The translations under genes and the position numbers were made by a program. Positions 1 to 10,889 of a DNA stretch of 35,260 bases are shown here, piece by piece (within the stretch, counting starts at the first letter, position 1; each line of letters begins with the position of its first letter). This stretch comes from Octopus bimaculoides. Its lineage: Eukaryota. The stretch covers positions 16,370,580 through 16,405,839 of the forward strand of contig NC_068983.1 in the NCBI RefSeq assembly GCF_001194135.2, in the 5' to 3' direction. The notes below the pieces were generated by a model. The model had not been told where the DNA came from. It ran no database searches and saw only the letters and a list, made by a program, of their open reading frames with translations.

Positions 1-48
<48 letters not shown>
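1..48. repeat. (TA)n/(CA)n microsatellite
   Basis: Directly visible dinucleotide runs. Confidence 0.95.
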
Positions 49-49
<1 letters not shown>

Positions 50-377
50 ACATGTGTGTATGAGAGAGAGATCATTATCTTATAACCACTACCCAAGCTG
101 CTATAAGCCGGACAGGTATACCCAGTCCAAATCGATTCTCATTTGGAGTTACTACCCTCTTAGATTGGAAGAAGAAATCTCTTTGGCACATTCTATTCTG
201 GTAAGATTCCTACAGCTGGAAGCTCTTCCTAACACAAACCACTTTATACAGAATATACTGACTGCACGGTGCCAGCACTAGAGAACAAGACTAAAGGATC
301 CTTCTCAAAACTACATTTTAACTTTGTTTGCCAGCCCCTTTACAAAATGTATGAAGTATATTATATTGTGGCACTAG

Positions 378-434
378 CAAGCTGTTCCATTGATTGGATC
401 AACTGGAACCCTAGTTGTAATCGATGGAGTGCCA
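378..434 (+). mobile_element. 3' tail fragment of the tRNA-headed SINE family seen full length at 652-1038
   Basis: gctgttccattgattggatcaactggaaccctagttgtaatcgatggagtgcca aligns by eye to ~977-1033 (gctgttccgttgatcggatcaactggaaccctcgacgtcgtaagcgacggagtgcca). Confidence 0.75.
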
Positions 435-468
435 GTTATCTATACTAATGCATCCTGTTACATCAGCT

Positions 469-512
469 GTAGTGGAGGCGCAATGGCCCAGTGGTTAGAG
501 GAGCAGACTCGC
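469..512 (+). mobile_element. Isolated 5' head of the same SINE family
   Basis: gtagtggaggcgcaatggcccagtggttagaggagcagactcgc is ~89% identical to 652-695. Confidence 0.8.
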
Positions 513-651
513 AATGAAGAAGAAGGCTGTATCTAGTTGCTCAACATCTAGAAATAACAGTTAAATCTCCCTCGATTCACAAACTACTGTCTTAGAGATT
601 CAAGACACGTTGGATAATGTTCCGAATTCATTTTATTCAATAATAATTATA

Positions 652-1038
652 GTAGTGGAGGCGCAATAGCCCAGTGGTTAGGGCAGCGGACACGCGGTCA
701 TAGGATCACGGTTTCGATTCCAAGACCAGGCGTTGTGAGTGTTTATTGAGCGAAAACACCTAAAGCTCCACGTGGCTCCGGCAGGGGTTGGTGGCGAACC
801 CTGCTGTACTCTCCCACCACAACTTTATCTCACTCTTTCTTCCTGTTTCTGTTGTACCTGTATTTCAAAGGGCCTGCCTTGTCACACTGTGTCACGCTGA
901 ATATCCCCAAGAACTACGTTAAGGGTACACGTGTCTGTGGAGTGCTCAGCCACTTGCACGTTAATTTCACGAGCAGGCTGTTCCGTTGATCGGATCAACT
1001 GGAACCCTCGACGTCGTAAGCGACGGAGTGCCAACAAC
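652..1038 (+). mobile_element. Apparently full-length tRNA-derived SINE (~390 bp)
   Basis: Pol III A-box-like TAGCCCAGTGG (667-677), B-box-like GGTTTCGATTCC (710-721), short (CAA) tail, CpGs retained, and partial copies at 378-434 and 469-512. Confidence 0.85.
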
Positions 1039-1147
1039 ATCAGCTGTAGAAACCAAACCAAAACAGACTGGACCCTGGTGCAGCTCTCAAGCTTACCAGC
1101 CCTATCCAAACCGTTTTGCCCATACCAACAAGGAAAATAGACACTAA

Positions 1148-1206
<59 letters not shown>
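1038..1206 (+). mobile_element. Diverged RTE-type 3' tail ending in (GAT)n
   Basis: catcagctgtagaaacc...cagactggaccctggtg...acactaaatgatgatg parallels 2699-2834. (ATG)n run at 1148-1206. Confidence 0.7.
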
Positions 1207-1630
1207 AAGCAAAGTAAATACAAATAACAAAAAGCATCCAAGTCCAAGGGACATTGACAGTTAATGTTATGAGACTGACACTCAAGTAAGGGGAAAAAAA
1301 GTTATAAAGTTAAAGGTAAGAAAGTGATACAGGAGTGTCCACTAGCATATTATTTTGGACCTGATCCTTTGTTGGACACTAAATGAAAGCTGAGGAGAGG
1401 CTGGGGAGAGATGGAAGGAAGGAAAGGAAATAGAAAGACAGGCAGGAAAAATACATGGGTTATGTTCACATGTTTGACTTCTGACTAACCGGAAGAGAGA
1501 GAGATAATTGTGGTTTTAATGGTAAGAAAGTGATACAAGGAGTGTCCACTAGCATGTGTGAGTGTACATATGTGTAGGGTGTTTGTATGTAGAATGTGCA
1601 TGTGTGTAGGTGCATGCATGCACATATATA

Positions 1631-1832
1631 TTCCAAATTTTGGCACAATGCCACCAATTTCAGGGGAAGGGGGATAAATCGATTACATTGACCCTGGGTG
1701 TTCAACTGGGATTTATTTTATTGACCCCCAAAAGGATGAAAGGCAAAGTTGACAATGGCAGAATTTGAACTCAGATAATAAACACATGAAATGCTGCAAA
1801 ATATTTTGCCCAGCATACTAACAATTCTGCCA
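1631..1832 (-). mobile_element. tRNA-headed SINE, 'family B' (core gagttcaaat...gtcgactttgcctttcatcc...ataagtaccag)
   Basis: Reverse complement matches the copies at 5754-6546 and 15781-16452, with a tggcagaat head and B-box-like gagttcaaattc. Confidence 0.8.
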
Positions 1833-1851
1833 CTTGATATATATATATATT

Positions 1852-2834
1852 AGAATAAGAATAGCCTGGGCAAAGTTTAGAGAGCTCTTACCCCTGCTGG
1901 CGACAAAGGGACTCTCACTCAGAGTAAAAGGCAGACTGTATGACGCATGCGTACGAACAACCATGCTACATGGCAGTGAAACATGGGCTGTAACTGCTGA
2001 GGACATACGTAAGCTCGCAAGGAATGAAGCCAGTATGCTCCGTTGGATGTNNNNNNNNNNNNNNNNNNNNNNNNNNNNNNNNNNNNNNNNNNNNNNNNNN
2101 NNNNNNNNNNNNNNNNNNNNNNNNNNNNNNNNNNNNNNNNNNNNNNNNNNNNNNNNNNNNNNNNNNNNNNNNNNNNNNNNNNNNNNNNNNNNNNNNNNNN
2201 NNNNNNNNNNNNNNNNNNNNNNNNNNNNNNNNNNNNNNNNNNNNNNNNNNNNNNNNNNNNNNNNNNNNNNNNNNNNNNNNNNNNNNNNNNNNNNNNNNNN
2301 NNNNNNNNNNNNNNNNNNNNNNNNNNNNNNNNNNNNNNNNNNNNNNNNNNNNNNNNNNNNNNNNNNNNNNNNNNNNNNNNNNNNNNNNNNNNNNNNNNNN
2401 NNNNNNNNNNNNNNNNNNNNNNNNNNNNNNNNNNNNNNNNNNNNNNNNNNNNNNNNNNNNNNNNNNNNNNNNNNNNNNNNNNNNNNNNNNATAAGATGCA
2501 CCATTTTGAGTGTGACCGTTGCCAGTACCGCCTGACTGGCCTTCGTAGGGTTTTCGATTGAGATCGTTGCCAGTGCCCCTGGACTGGCTCTTGTGCGGGT
2601 GGCACATAAAAGACACCATTTCGAGCATGGCCGTTGCCAGTGCGGGTGACACGTAAAAGCACCCACTACACTCTCTGAGTGATTGGTGTTGGGAAGGGCA
2701 TCCAGCTGTAGAAACTCTGCCAAATTAGATTGGAGCCTGGTGTTGCCACCCGGTTTCACCAGTCCTCAGTCAAATCGTCCAACCCATGCTAGCATGGAAA
2801 GCGGACGTTAAACGATGATGATGATGATGATGAT
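1852..2834 (+). mobile_element. 5'-truncated young RTE-clade LINE (RT C-terminal region, 3' UTR, (GAT)n tail), interrupted by a gap
   Basis: 1852-2050 translates without stops as RIRIAWAKFRELLPLLATKGLSLRVKGRLYDACVRTTMLHGSETWAVTAEDIRKLARNEASMLRWM, containing the (Y/H)GSETW motif typical of RTE-clade RT C-termini. 2491-2834 is a 3' UTR with an internal repeated unit (caccattt.gag..tg.ccgttgccagt) and a (GAT)n tail. Continuity across the 2051-2490 gap is inferred. Confidence 0.88.
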
Positions 2835-2844
2835 TGTAGCCCAC

Positions 2845-3215
2845 CTTTCATCACCATTCTCATGTTAATACATGTTCTGCCATGCTTGCATGGGTGGATG
2901 GGGCTTTCTTCACCACTCTGTGATCACTAATTGAAAGTTTGTTGTCCCTTTTATGAGATACAGTATCACAGGATCAGTCTCCACCACTTTACTCTAAGTC
3001 TTCTTCAGTCCCCATCTTTCTGCATGTTCATTCCCTGCATCTTGCACACTTTATCTCATTCTCCTTGTAACCAATGTTTTCTCTCAGCTCATTTGTATTC
3101 CATTGGTCATGTACACTAACACCGTACATTTGGCAGAACACATTTACTTTATTTCTTTCTAGTCTTTGCAAGTCCTTTGCATTCAATGAGGCACTGCACT
3201 TTGTGCACAACCACA
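2845..3215 (-). mobile_element. Older decayed RTE LINE 3' fragment, tail-to-tail with the young copy
   Basis: Minus-strand peptide LNAKDLQRLERNKVNVFCQMYGVSVHDQWNTNELRE continues the same RT C-terminal segment (cf. AEDIRKLARNEASMLRWM). A tail-like sequence lies at ~2845-2900. Confidence 0.65.
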
Positions 3216-3324
3216 TACATATATGCATACATACATACATATCCCTGTATCAACCACACTATCAGACGCTGTTATAAACTGCTGGTCATAACATGCTTTT
3301 TCACACTGTTGTAGCTTTCAAATG

Positions 3325-3510
3325 ATGCCGACCCACTGACTAGATGGGCAGGCCAACATTGCTCCTGAATGGAACTCATCTATAGCAGAATGGACTGGTG
3401 CAAGGTGAAAAGAAGTACTTTGCGCAAGAACACAACACACTACTGGTCTAAAAATCAAAACCATGATTGCAAAATCCTAAGTGCATCACCTCACCACTAG
3501 ACTATATGCT
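3325..3510 (-). mobile_element. Degraded SINE (tggactggtgcaaggtgaaaagaagtactttgcgcaagaacacaac core)
   Basis: Resembles a SINE core and tRNA-like head recalled from memory. Single copy in this window. Confidence 0.45.
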
Positions 3511-3511
3511 T

Positions 3512-3556
<45 letters not shown>

Positions 3557-4373
3557 NNNNNNNNNNNNNNNNNNNNNNNNNNNNNNNNNNNNNNNNNNNN
3601 NNNNNNNNNNNNNNNNNNNNNNNNNNNNNNNNNNNNNNNNNNNNNNNNNNNNNNNNNNNNNNNNNNNNNNNNNNNNNNNNNNNNNNNNNNNNNNNNNNNN
3701 NNNNNNNNNNNNNNNNNNNNNNNNNNNNNNNNNNNNNNNNNNNNNNNNNNNNNNNNNNNNNNNNNNNNNNNNNNNNNNNNNNNNNNNNNNNNNNNNNNNN
3801 NNNNNNNNNNNNNNNNNNNNNNNNNNNNNNNNNNNNNNNNNNNNNNNNNNNNNNNNNNNNNNNNNNNNNNNNNNNNNNNNNNNNNNNNNNNNNNNNNNNN
3901 NNNNNNNNNNNNNNNNNNNNNNNNNNNNNNNNNNNNNNNNNNNNNNNNNNNNNNNNNNNNNNNNNNNNNNNNNNNNNNNNNNNNNNNNNNNNNNNNNNNN
4001 NNNNNNNNNNNNNNNNNNNNNNNNNNNNNNNNNNNNNNNNNNNNNNNNNNNNNNNNNNNNNNNNNNNNNNNNNNNNNNNNNNNNNNNNNNNNNNNNNNNN
4101 NNNNNNNNNNNNNNNNNNNNNNNNNNNNNNNNNNNNNNNNNNNNNNNNNNNNNNNNNNNNNNNNNNNNNNNNNNNNNNNNNNNNNNNNNNNNNNNNNNNN
4201 NNNNNNNNNNNNNNNNNNNNNNNNNNNNNNNNNNNNNNNNNNNNNNNNNNNNNNNNNNNNNNNNNNNNNNNNNNNNNNNNNNNNNNNNNNNNNNNNNNNN
4301 NNNNNNNNNNNNNNNNNNNNNNNNNNNNNNNNNNNNNNNNNNNNNNNNNNNNNNNNNNNNNNNNNNNNNNNNN

Positions 4374-4415
<42 letters not shown>

Positions 4416-4620
4416 GAGAAAAAGAGAGAGAGAAAGAGGTAAAAGCTTGAGAAATAGAATTCAGTATTCAAAAGTATGGATATTCTATTTGGTTATAAAG
4501 CAACAAGTGACTCAACGTCTGAGAGTTTTGTGCATTGTGAACCATGTGTACATTATGTATTAATGTAATTGTGTGTGTGAAAGTGCATATATGTGAATGT
4601 GTATATGTATTATCTATCTA

Positions 4621-4657
<37 letters not shown>

Positions 4658-4756
4658 TCACAAATATATGCATGCATGTGTGTGTGTATGTATGTATATA
4701 TATANNNNNNNNNNTATATACATTCACAAATATATGCATGCATGTGTGTGTGTATG

Positions 4757-4795
<39 letters not shown>

Positions 4796-5753
4796 TGTAT
4801 ATAATCATTCACACACACAAACACAAAGCTATACATAAATATACATTCACATGTTTACATAGCCACTGTCATAGAGTTATTGACACAAAGACATTAGTTA
4901 CATGACAGTAAAAAACATAGCAGTCAAGTCAAACTCTGTTGGTAGATACAACTGAATGCCAACAAGATCTCTATCAAATTACACAATATCTTGTAACTTT
5001 GAAAATTCAAGTACACCACCAACTACATATGGACACGTGAGCAGCACAAGAGTCTAGTTGGTTACCAAATGTTTTAAATTCAATTCAGTTCAATTCACTC
5101 CATTTCATTGCATTTTATATCTTGATATTTTGTTACTGACACAGCCTTAGTGTTTGTGGTGTTTGTTTTTCAAAGCACTTAATAGCTTCACTAAAGAGAC
5201 TAGTTGCTAGAAATGATACTAAGAAGTACCAATAAAGTCACATACTAATAACTACTAACTGTAGTCTCAGTCTAGACGTCAGTTGGGCTGCTGTGCAGCA
5301 GTAATTTCAAACAGCTAGTGCATGTACTCAGCACCTCAACTAAAGGAAAGAGTAAACCCATAGTACATTATTGTACTGCTGTCTGTCTATCGAATGAAGT
5401 CTGCTCCAGGGTGGTACTGGTGACATGGTAGGGTTTAGGAAGGCAATGGTTGCAGACAAATAACCTTTCACATCCATAAATGCATCTATTTGAGTAGGAA
5501 ATTAAATTATATACACACATTATATACCATGTGTAAGATAGGATAAACATCTATATATAGGTAATAAATACAGACACACACATATATACCGACATGCACC
5601 TTAAGAGAGACAAACACACATATATATAAATATAACTACATATATACATACACATGTATTATATACAACACACACATGTATATGCACATGCACACACAAA
5701 TATACACATATATTATTCTTGCTATTATTATCATTATTAGTTGAGTGTTCATC

Positions 5754-6546
5754 TGGCAGAATGATTAGAGCATTGCAACAAAATGGGTGCAGTATTTGCT
5801 CTATCACTTACATTCTGAGTTCAAATTCCACTGATCTTAACTTTGTCTTTCATCCTTTCGGGGCTGATAAAATAAAGTACCAGTCACCTACTGAAGTCAA
5901 GAGTTTTGATTACATTACCCTTTCAAAACTGATGGCCCTATGCCTAAATTAGAAACAATTATTACTATAAAGAACTAATAGAATATAGTTAGAGTTAGGA
6001 TAAAATGCCTTGTGATATTTTTTCTGACTTTTTACATTCTGAGTTCAAATCCCATTTGGTTCAATTTTGCTTTTATCAGTGATAGATTGGCATGCCTCAT
6101 TCATCCATATTTCTGATCTTGTATCTAAGTTAAAAATCATAATTATTCCAGTTATTAATGTAGTATCATTAAAATGTTGGACAACATGCTTGGTGTTATT
6201 TGTTCCAAGTCTTTATATATTCTGAGCTCAAATCCTGCATTTCCTCTCTCCAGCTTTGATAAAATTAAGCGCCAGTGGGGCAATGTAATCAACTAACACC
6301 AGCCCCTCAAAATTGCTGGAATTATACCCAGTTATTTTTATAAGGTGGGCAGAATCATTAGTGCTTTGGACAAAATGCTTAGCACATTCCTTTCCAGCTC
6401 TTTACATTTATATTCTGCCAAGGTCAACTTTCATTCTCTCAGGATCAATAGAAGAAAGTACAGGTGAAACACTGGAGTTGATGGAATCAACTAGCTCCCT
6501 AACCCAAATTTTAGGCCTTGTGCCTACAGTAGAAAGAATTATATTA
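5754..6546 (+). mobile_element. Cluster of four decayed family-B SINE copies (about 5754-5964, 5990-6090, 6163-6335, 6344-6546)
   Basis: Recurrent ggcagaat..ttag heads, ctgag(t/c)tcaaat B-box-like motif (in three of the four copies), ctttcatcc/ataaa...gtacca cores and ATT-rich tails. CpGs largely lost. Confidence 0.8.
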
Positions 6547-7696
6547 TGATGGGCATTCTAGTAAGCCATGCTTAGTTTCAGCTCCAGAAGATTTATAAAT
6601 AAACTGATGTTTCACCCTGAAATTCACTGTTTCTTGTTGATTTTTGAATAATGGTGGAGAGTAAGTGATCCACTAACTGCTGATGAGTTCCTTTTGATAT
6701 AAAGTTTCCATTTCTTGGGGGACTTTCCAATATAAATTTTGCATCAAATGGAAAATTGTTTTCCTTTCAATTTTTCATCATAGATTCAAAATAATCTTCA
6801 AGGGAAGAAGGTACATCAATGAATGAAGAGGAGAGAGAAAAGAGAGTAACATTGATATTATGAGGGAGCAGAAGAGAAAAAACACTAAGCAGTGTTGCTG
6901 TTGAAACAAGTGAATCTGTAAGCAGACAATGGAATCAACAACAACATGGACAATATTGACAAATTTCCATCTTTATCAACTAGCCACATTCCAAAATTTA
7001 GACCTTTACAACCATCAGCATTATCACTTCATCCACCGCCATTGACACCATTCGCTTTGGCCTCTGGAAACACTGCCATTACAACTACCAAAAACAACAA
7101 CAGTACACAACTCCAGCAGCATGAGTTGCAGAAAAATAAACAACCACAATAACACCAATTACAACAGTAGCAGGGTTGATAAGCAGTGCAAACCAAGGAT
7201 GAATTACTCCACAATTACCTTCATAAGCAGGACGTGTTGGGCATGCAGATAAGTGACCTTTGAGTCCAACAATTCAGGGAATCAACTACACACACACAAC
7301 CTACAGATCCACTTCTTATTCCTAGCATAAACTTGGTGGATACAGGAAGCTTATCGTGATGTGGAGAATATGAATCCATCACAAAAGATATGATTAAAGG
7401 GGGACAATAGGAAGAAGACACTTGAATTAGTGGTCAGGGTGACTAGCTTTGTGGAGTTTCCATGAGTAGCCTTCAGAAGCCTCTGTCTTTGGGGGAATTA
7501 TTGCTGAAATTTATGTAACTTATTCTTTTCTTTATGTACTCTTTCTTATAATCCCACATTGTATTGTCCTGTACTATTCCCAATGTTTTCATGAACCCTT
7601 AGTTGTTAATAAGGACATTATTATTTATTTATTTAGCAACACACTATTACAGATAAAGAGATTCACCTGTGTCACTTTTTGAAGATCAGTGGTATC

Positions 7697-7856
7697 ACAG
7701 TTCTATATTTAAGAGATGAGGAATTATGTACATTATTTACATTTGACGGATATTTGTCCTCATCTTGTTTCTTGTTAACACAACGTTTCGGCTGATATAC
7801 CTTCCAGCCTTCATCAGGACACCTGATGAAGACTGGAAGGTATATGTATATAATGT
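7697..7856 (-). mobile_element. Short Penelope-like terminal-repeat fragment with internal inversion, flanked by a 12-bp direct repeat
   Basis: ATCAGTGGTATC at 7685-7696 and 7857-7868. A 24-bp inverted repeat (one mismatch) at 7795-7818/7822-7845. Hammerhead core on the minus strand. Confidence 0.7.
7777..7817 (-). ncRNA. Minimal type I hammerhead ribozyme motif (probably disrupted at stem I in this copy)
   Basis: Minus strand reads CUGAUGA-A-GGCUG-gaagguauau-CAGCC-GAAAC-GUU-GUGUU: conserved core, 5-bp stem II, and palindromic AACGUU stem III as in Penelope-associated dimeric hammerheads. Confidence 0.65.
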
Positions 7857-7906
7857 ATCAGTGGTATCCATCAACATGTGATCAATTAGATCGTTTTCTT
7901 CATATT

Positions 7907-8043
7907 CACCCTAGTGCTTCACAGGTACTTATCTGTTGAACCCAAGACATTTGAAAACACAGCAATTGGAATTCAGAACAAACAAGGTCATAACTGAATA
8001 ATACAGAAATGCTTTTTGTCTGATGTTCTAATAGTTCTGCCAC
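7907..8043 (-). mobile_element. Decayed family-B SINE
   Basis: ggtacttat...ggaattcagaac...ttctaatagttctgccac is the reverse complement of the head and core. Confidence 0.6.
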
Positions 8044-8199
8044 TCTATTGCTCAATATTTATTCATTCATTCATGCATGCATGCATGCATACATAAATTA
8101 CATGTTTTTTATATATGGGCAACAGCGTTTCTTTTGATATGTTGCATTAAAAAACATGACTAGTCTATTTTTAATATTTTTCTTTTTTTCATCAAGGTT

Positions 8200-9270
8200 A
8201 CATCATACTTGTATGTATGTTCCTCAGAATTTGTTTGGAACAATAAAGTTCCTAAATCCATCGCCAACATTTCTAAATTTTCATAGTCTCTACTTCAAAT
8301 GTTGGTAAGTGTTGGTGCCTCTTTATAGTCGGCAGGGCCAATGTGATTAGTATAGAAATTACCACCAGAATTTAATTTTTGTTTTTGCAAGTGTTAGATT
8401 TTTTATATCACCAGTTAGATGTTTTTTTTCATTCTTGATGGTTGTATATGGCCTGTGTGTTTATGGAAGCACTGTGATATATCATGGCCATCATTAACCA
8501 TCTAAATTTGAAGGAAATTCTGTAAAGTATAAACATGTAGCCTCCTGTTTTCCTGTCTACTTTTGTCTTGTGTAGTGTCATGCATTGCAGGTGCTTCTTG
8601 CTTTCAGTGTATAGTGAGCTGGCAGAAAGTGTATTATGTGTATGGGCAATATAACAGTTGCAGTCATGAAGTTAATAACTTTTACATTTACAATCAAATC
8701 TATAAATGACATTGGTCACTAACAACTTGTCTCCAGGTTTGTTATTGATTAGATTAATAATTGTAGTGCTTTTTACAGTATATTTTAGCACTAATTTCTG
8801 ATTTGAAATAATGCATTTTGTTCTGCTTCAAGAGGTCTTTGATCAGGTTTTCTTTCATTTGTTGCATAGTGTGTATTTGATTCATATAGAACATTTTATG
8901 TATGGTTTCTGTATTTTTAACAGATGTGGTTTACGTGTTTTTCTGTATTATATTAATAGGTGTGGTTCATGTATGGTTTGTCTATTTTTAAAACAAATTT
9001 GTATTTTTCACAACACTCATAAAGTTCCTGGTACCAACAGATGATGATTTAGAATTTGCATTAACATTATATTTCAAAGAAAATAGACCAAGATTGTCTT
9101 TAGCTTTGCTTATTTTCAAAACGGTTTGCATCATATCAAACACCACATTCTTCCCAATTTCTTGCCAACAAAACACTGGCCTATAACTTTCTTATAAGTT
9201 CTGGTTTCTTGTTCACAGAGAGGGCTACATGCTTCTTTCATTACATTATTATTCTCTTTTGAAATCATGA
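8200..9270 (-). pseudogene. Probable decayed Penelope-like element ORF (RT thumb, linker, GIY-YIG endonuclease start)
   Basis: Minus-strand stretch KCIISNQKLVLKYTVKSTTIINLINNKPGDKLLVTNVIYRFDCKCKSY* (~8818-8672) resembles the PLE pattern K.KDK...SNV(V/I)Y.F.C.C...YIG. Upstream TYKKVIGQC / GKNVVFDMMQTVLKIS weakly resembles the PLE thumb. Multiple stops and frameshifts, and the YIG motif is not intact. Confidence 0.45.
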
Positions 9271-9360
9271 TGTAAAACACAAGACTAAATGAAGTCTAAT
9301 CAGTGAAACATCCACAAAAATTGCAGAATAATACAACACAGATACTTGAAAACAGTGGTG

Positions 9361-9432
9361 GAAGTCAGTACTAGTAAAATCTCTCTTCACTCACAAGAAG
9401 TCAATACTAGTAATATCTCTCTTCATTAACAA
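9361..9432. repeat. 36-bp tandem duplication (2 copies, 32/36 identical)
   Basis: gaagtcagtactagtaaaatctctcttcactcacaa / gaagtcaatactagtaatatctctcttcattaacaa. Confidence 0.9.
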
Positions 9433-9892
9433 GCTTAAATGGGTATATTTATATAGTAAAGATGGAACTGGAAGATTCAGTGCCTCACAATGATCTCGTG
9501 AGAATCACACAAATATATATGGATTATAACAACACAGATACAAATATATGTCTCAATACATATAAATACATATAAGTAAAAAATGGTTGTCACTTTGGTT
9601 GAATAGAGAAGAGTTCAAGCTATTTAATCAACAGAATTACCTCTGCATTATATTATAATTGGTAATGACATGAGCAGACATTTGTAACCCGAGCATAATC
9701 TTCAGGTAAACTTAGCAACACAGAAGTACAGATACAATCTATTCATAAAACTTTCAAGCAGCTTCAATGTTCCTTGTTTCACACATAAGGCTGAAGTAAA
9801 TACAAGTTTGCTGTTCAAAGCAAAGTGCATTACTGGACTGAATCTAGAAACTACAAATTCACAGCAAACTTTAAAACCACTCCACCATGCTG

Positions 9893-10260
9893 ACATCATC
9901 ATCATTTAATGCCCATGTTCCATACTGGTATGGGTTGGACAGTTTGACAGGATCAGATGGGTGCAAGGGTAGCATTGTGCTCCATAGTCTGCTTTGGCAT
10001 GGTTTCTATGGCTGGGTGTCCTTGCACATGCCAACCACTTTACAGTATGGACTGAGTGCTTTTTGAGTACCACTAGCACTATTGAGGTCACCATGCAGCT
10101 CACAAGATTATGAAACCTCAAGGTGGAGGGTACTGCTTAATGAAAGATAAGGGTTAAGGCATGAGGGAAAGGAGTAGGGCAGAGCAGGTGGTTGTTGTAG
10201 GAGCTACATGTCTACTCACAATTATGAGAGTGAGAAAGAAACAGTAAGAGCTGAAAAGAG
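9893..10260 (-). mobile_element. Decayed RTE-tail-related repeat
   Basis: (CAT)n then ttaatgcccatgttccatactggtatgggttggac...ttctatggctgggtgtccttgcacatgccaaccact, matching the tail family at 34968-35260. Confidence 0.7.
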
Positions 10261-10781
10261 ATAATTAGTGAATGATAAGGTGTCATGTAATAAATAGACA
10301 TGCTGTACAAGCATTTATGTATTACATACATTATTTATTGTGGGAATTGTAAAGTTCAAGGTCTCACAGTAACCAAAAGCTTCACCCAAGAGGGAAGTTG
10401 AGTTGATGATGCATAAAGAAAACAGAGAGATTTTTGTAGAATTTAAGGATAGTGTAGGTGGATTGGGGAATATTTTTTTCATGACAGAAGGGGAATGTTG
10501 GTTTGATTATTTTTAGCTTATTTAGTTTCTTTATGTAATTTTCCACCAGCTTTTAAATATTTATGTATGCTGTTTGGGTGTGCATACATGTGTGTGTTTG
10601 TGTATCAGGGTATATATGAATGTAAATATGTATGAGGCTACTTGTGTGTTCAAGGGTGGAGTTGGTGGATGATTAATTGAACCAACTTTGAATTTTTTTT
10701 AATTTTTATCATTGATACTAGTTAGATTTCAGATCTCAGAAATAACGAGGAGTGGATAACAGATGATGGCCAGGAAGAGTA

Positions 10782-10787
<6 letters not shown>

Positions 10788-10828
<41 letters not shown>
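10788..10828. repeat. (GT)n microsatellite
   Basis: Direct. Similar runs at 11471-11528 and 15061-15088. Confidence 0.95.
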
Positions 10829-10831
<3 letters not shown>

Positions 10832-10889
10832 CATATAAGTGTGGTCTTCATTCACTTGGCTGCACTTGTTTCTCTGTATTTTCATGTAT

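Noticed and set aside
652-730. tRNA gene
   Set aside because: A and B boxes are present, but no cloverleaf is evident and the sequence continues into a repeated SINE body.
882-1285. Poly-Ser/His/Met ORFs (also 31344-31663)
   Set aside because: These are translations of (GAT)n retroelement tails.
1834-4563. Long ORFs of 150-360 aa in the track (also 16927-17695)
   Set aside because: They are open only because they run through N gaps and (TA)n. Only 1852-2050 is real coding sequence, and it is TE-derived.
4645-4775. Perfect ~55-bp duplication either side of a 10-N gap
   Set aside because: Identical sequence flanking a placeholder gap is the signature of unmerged overlapping contig ends, so it is probably an assembly artefact.
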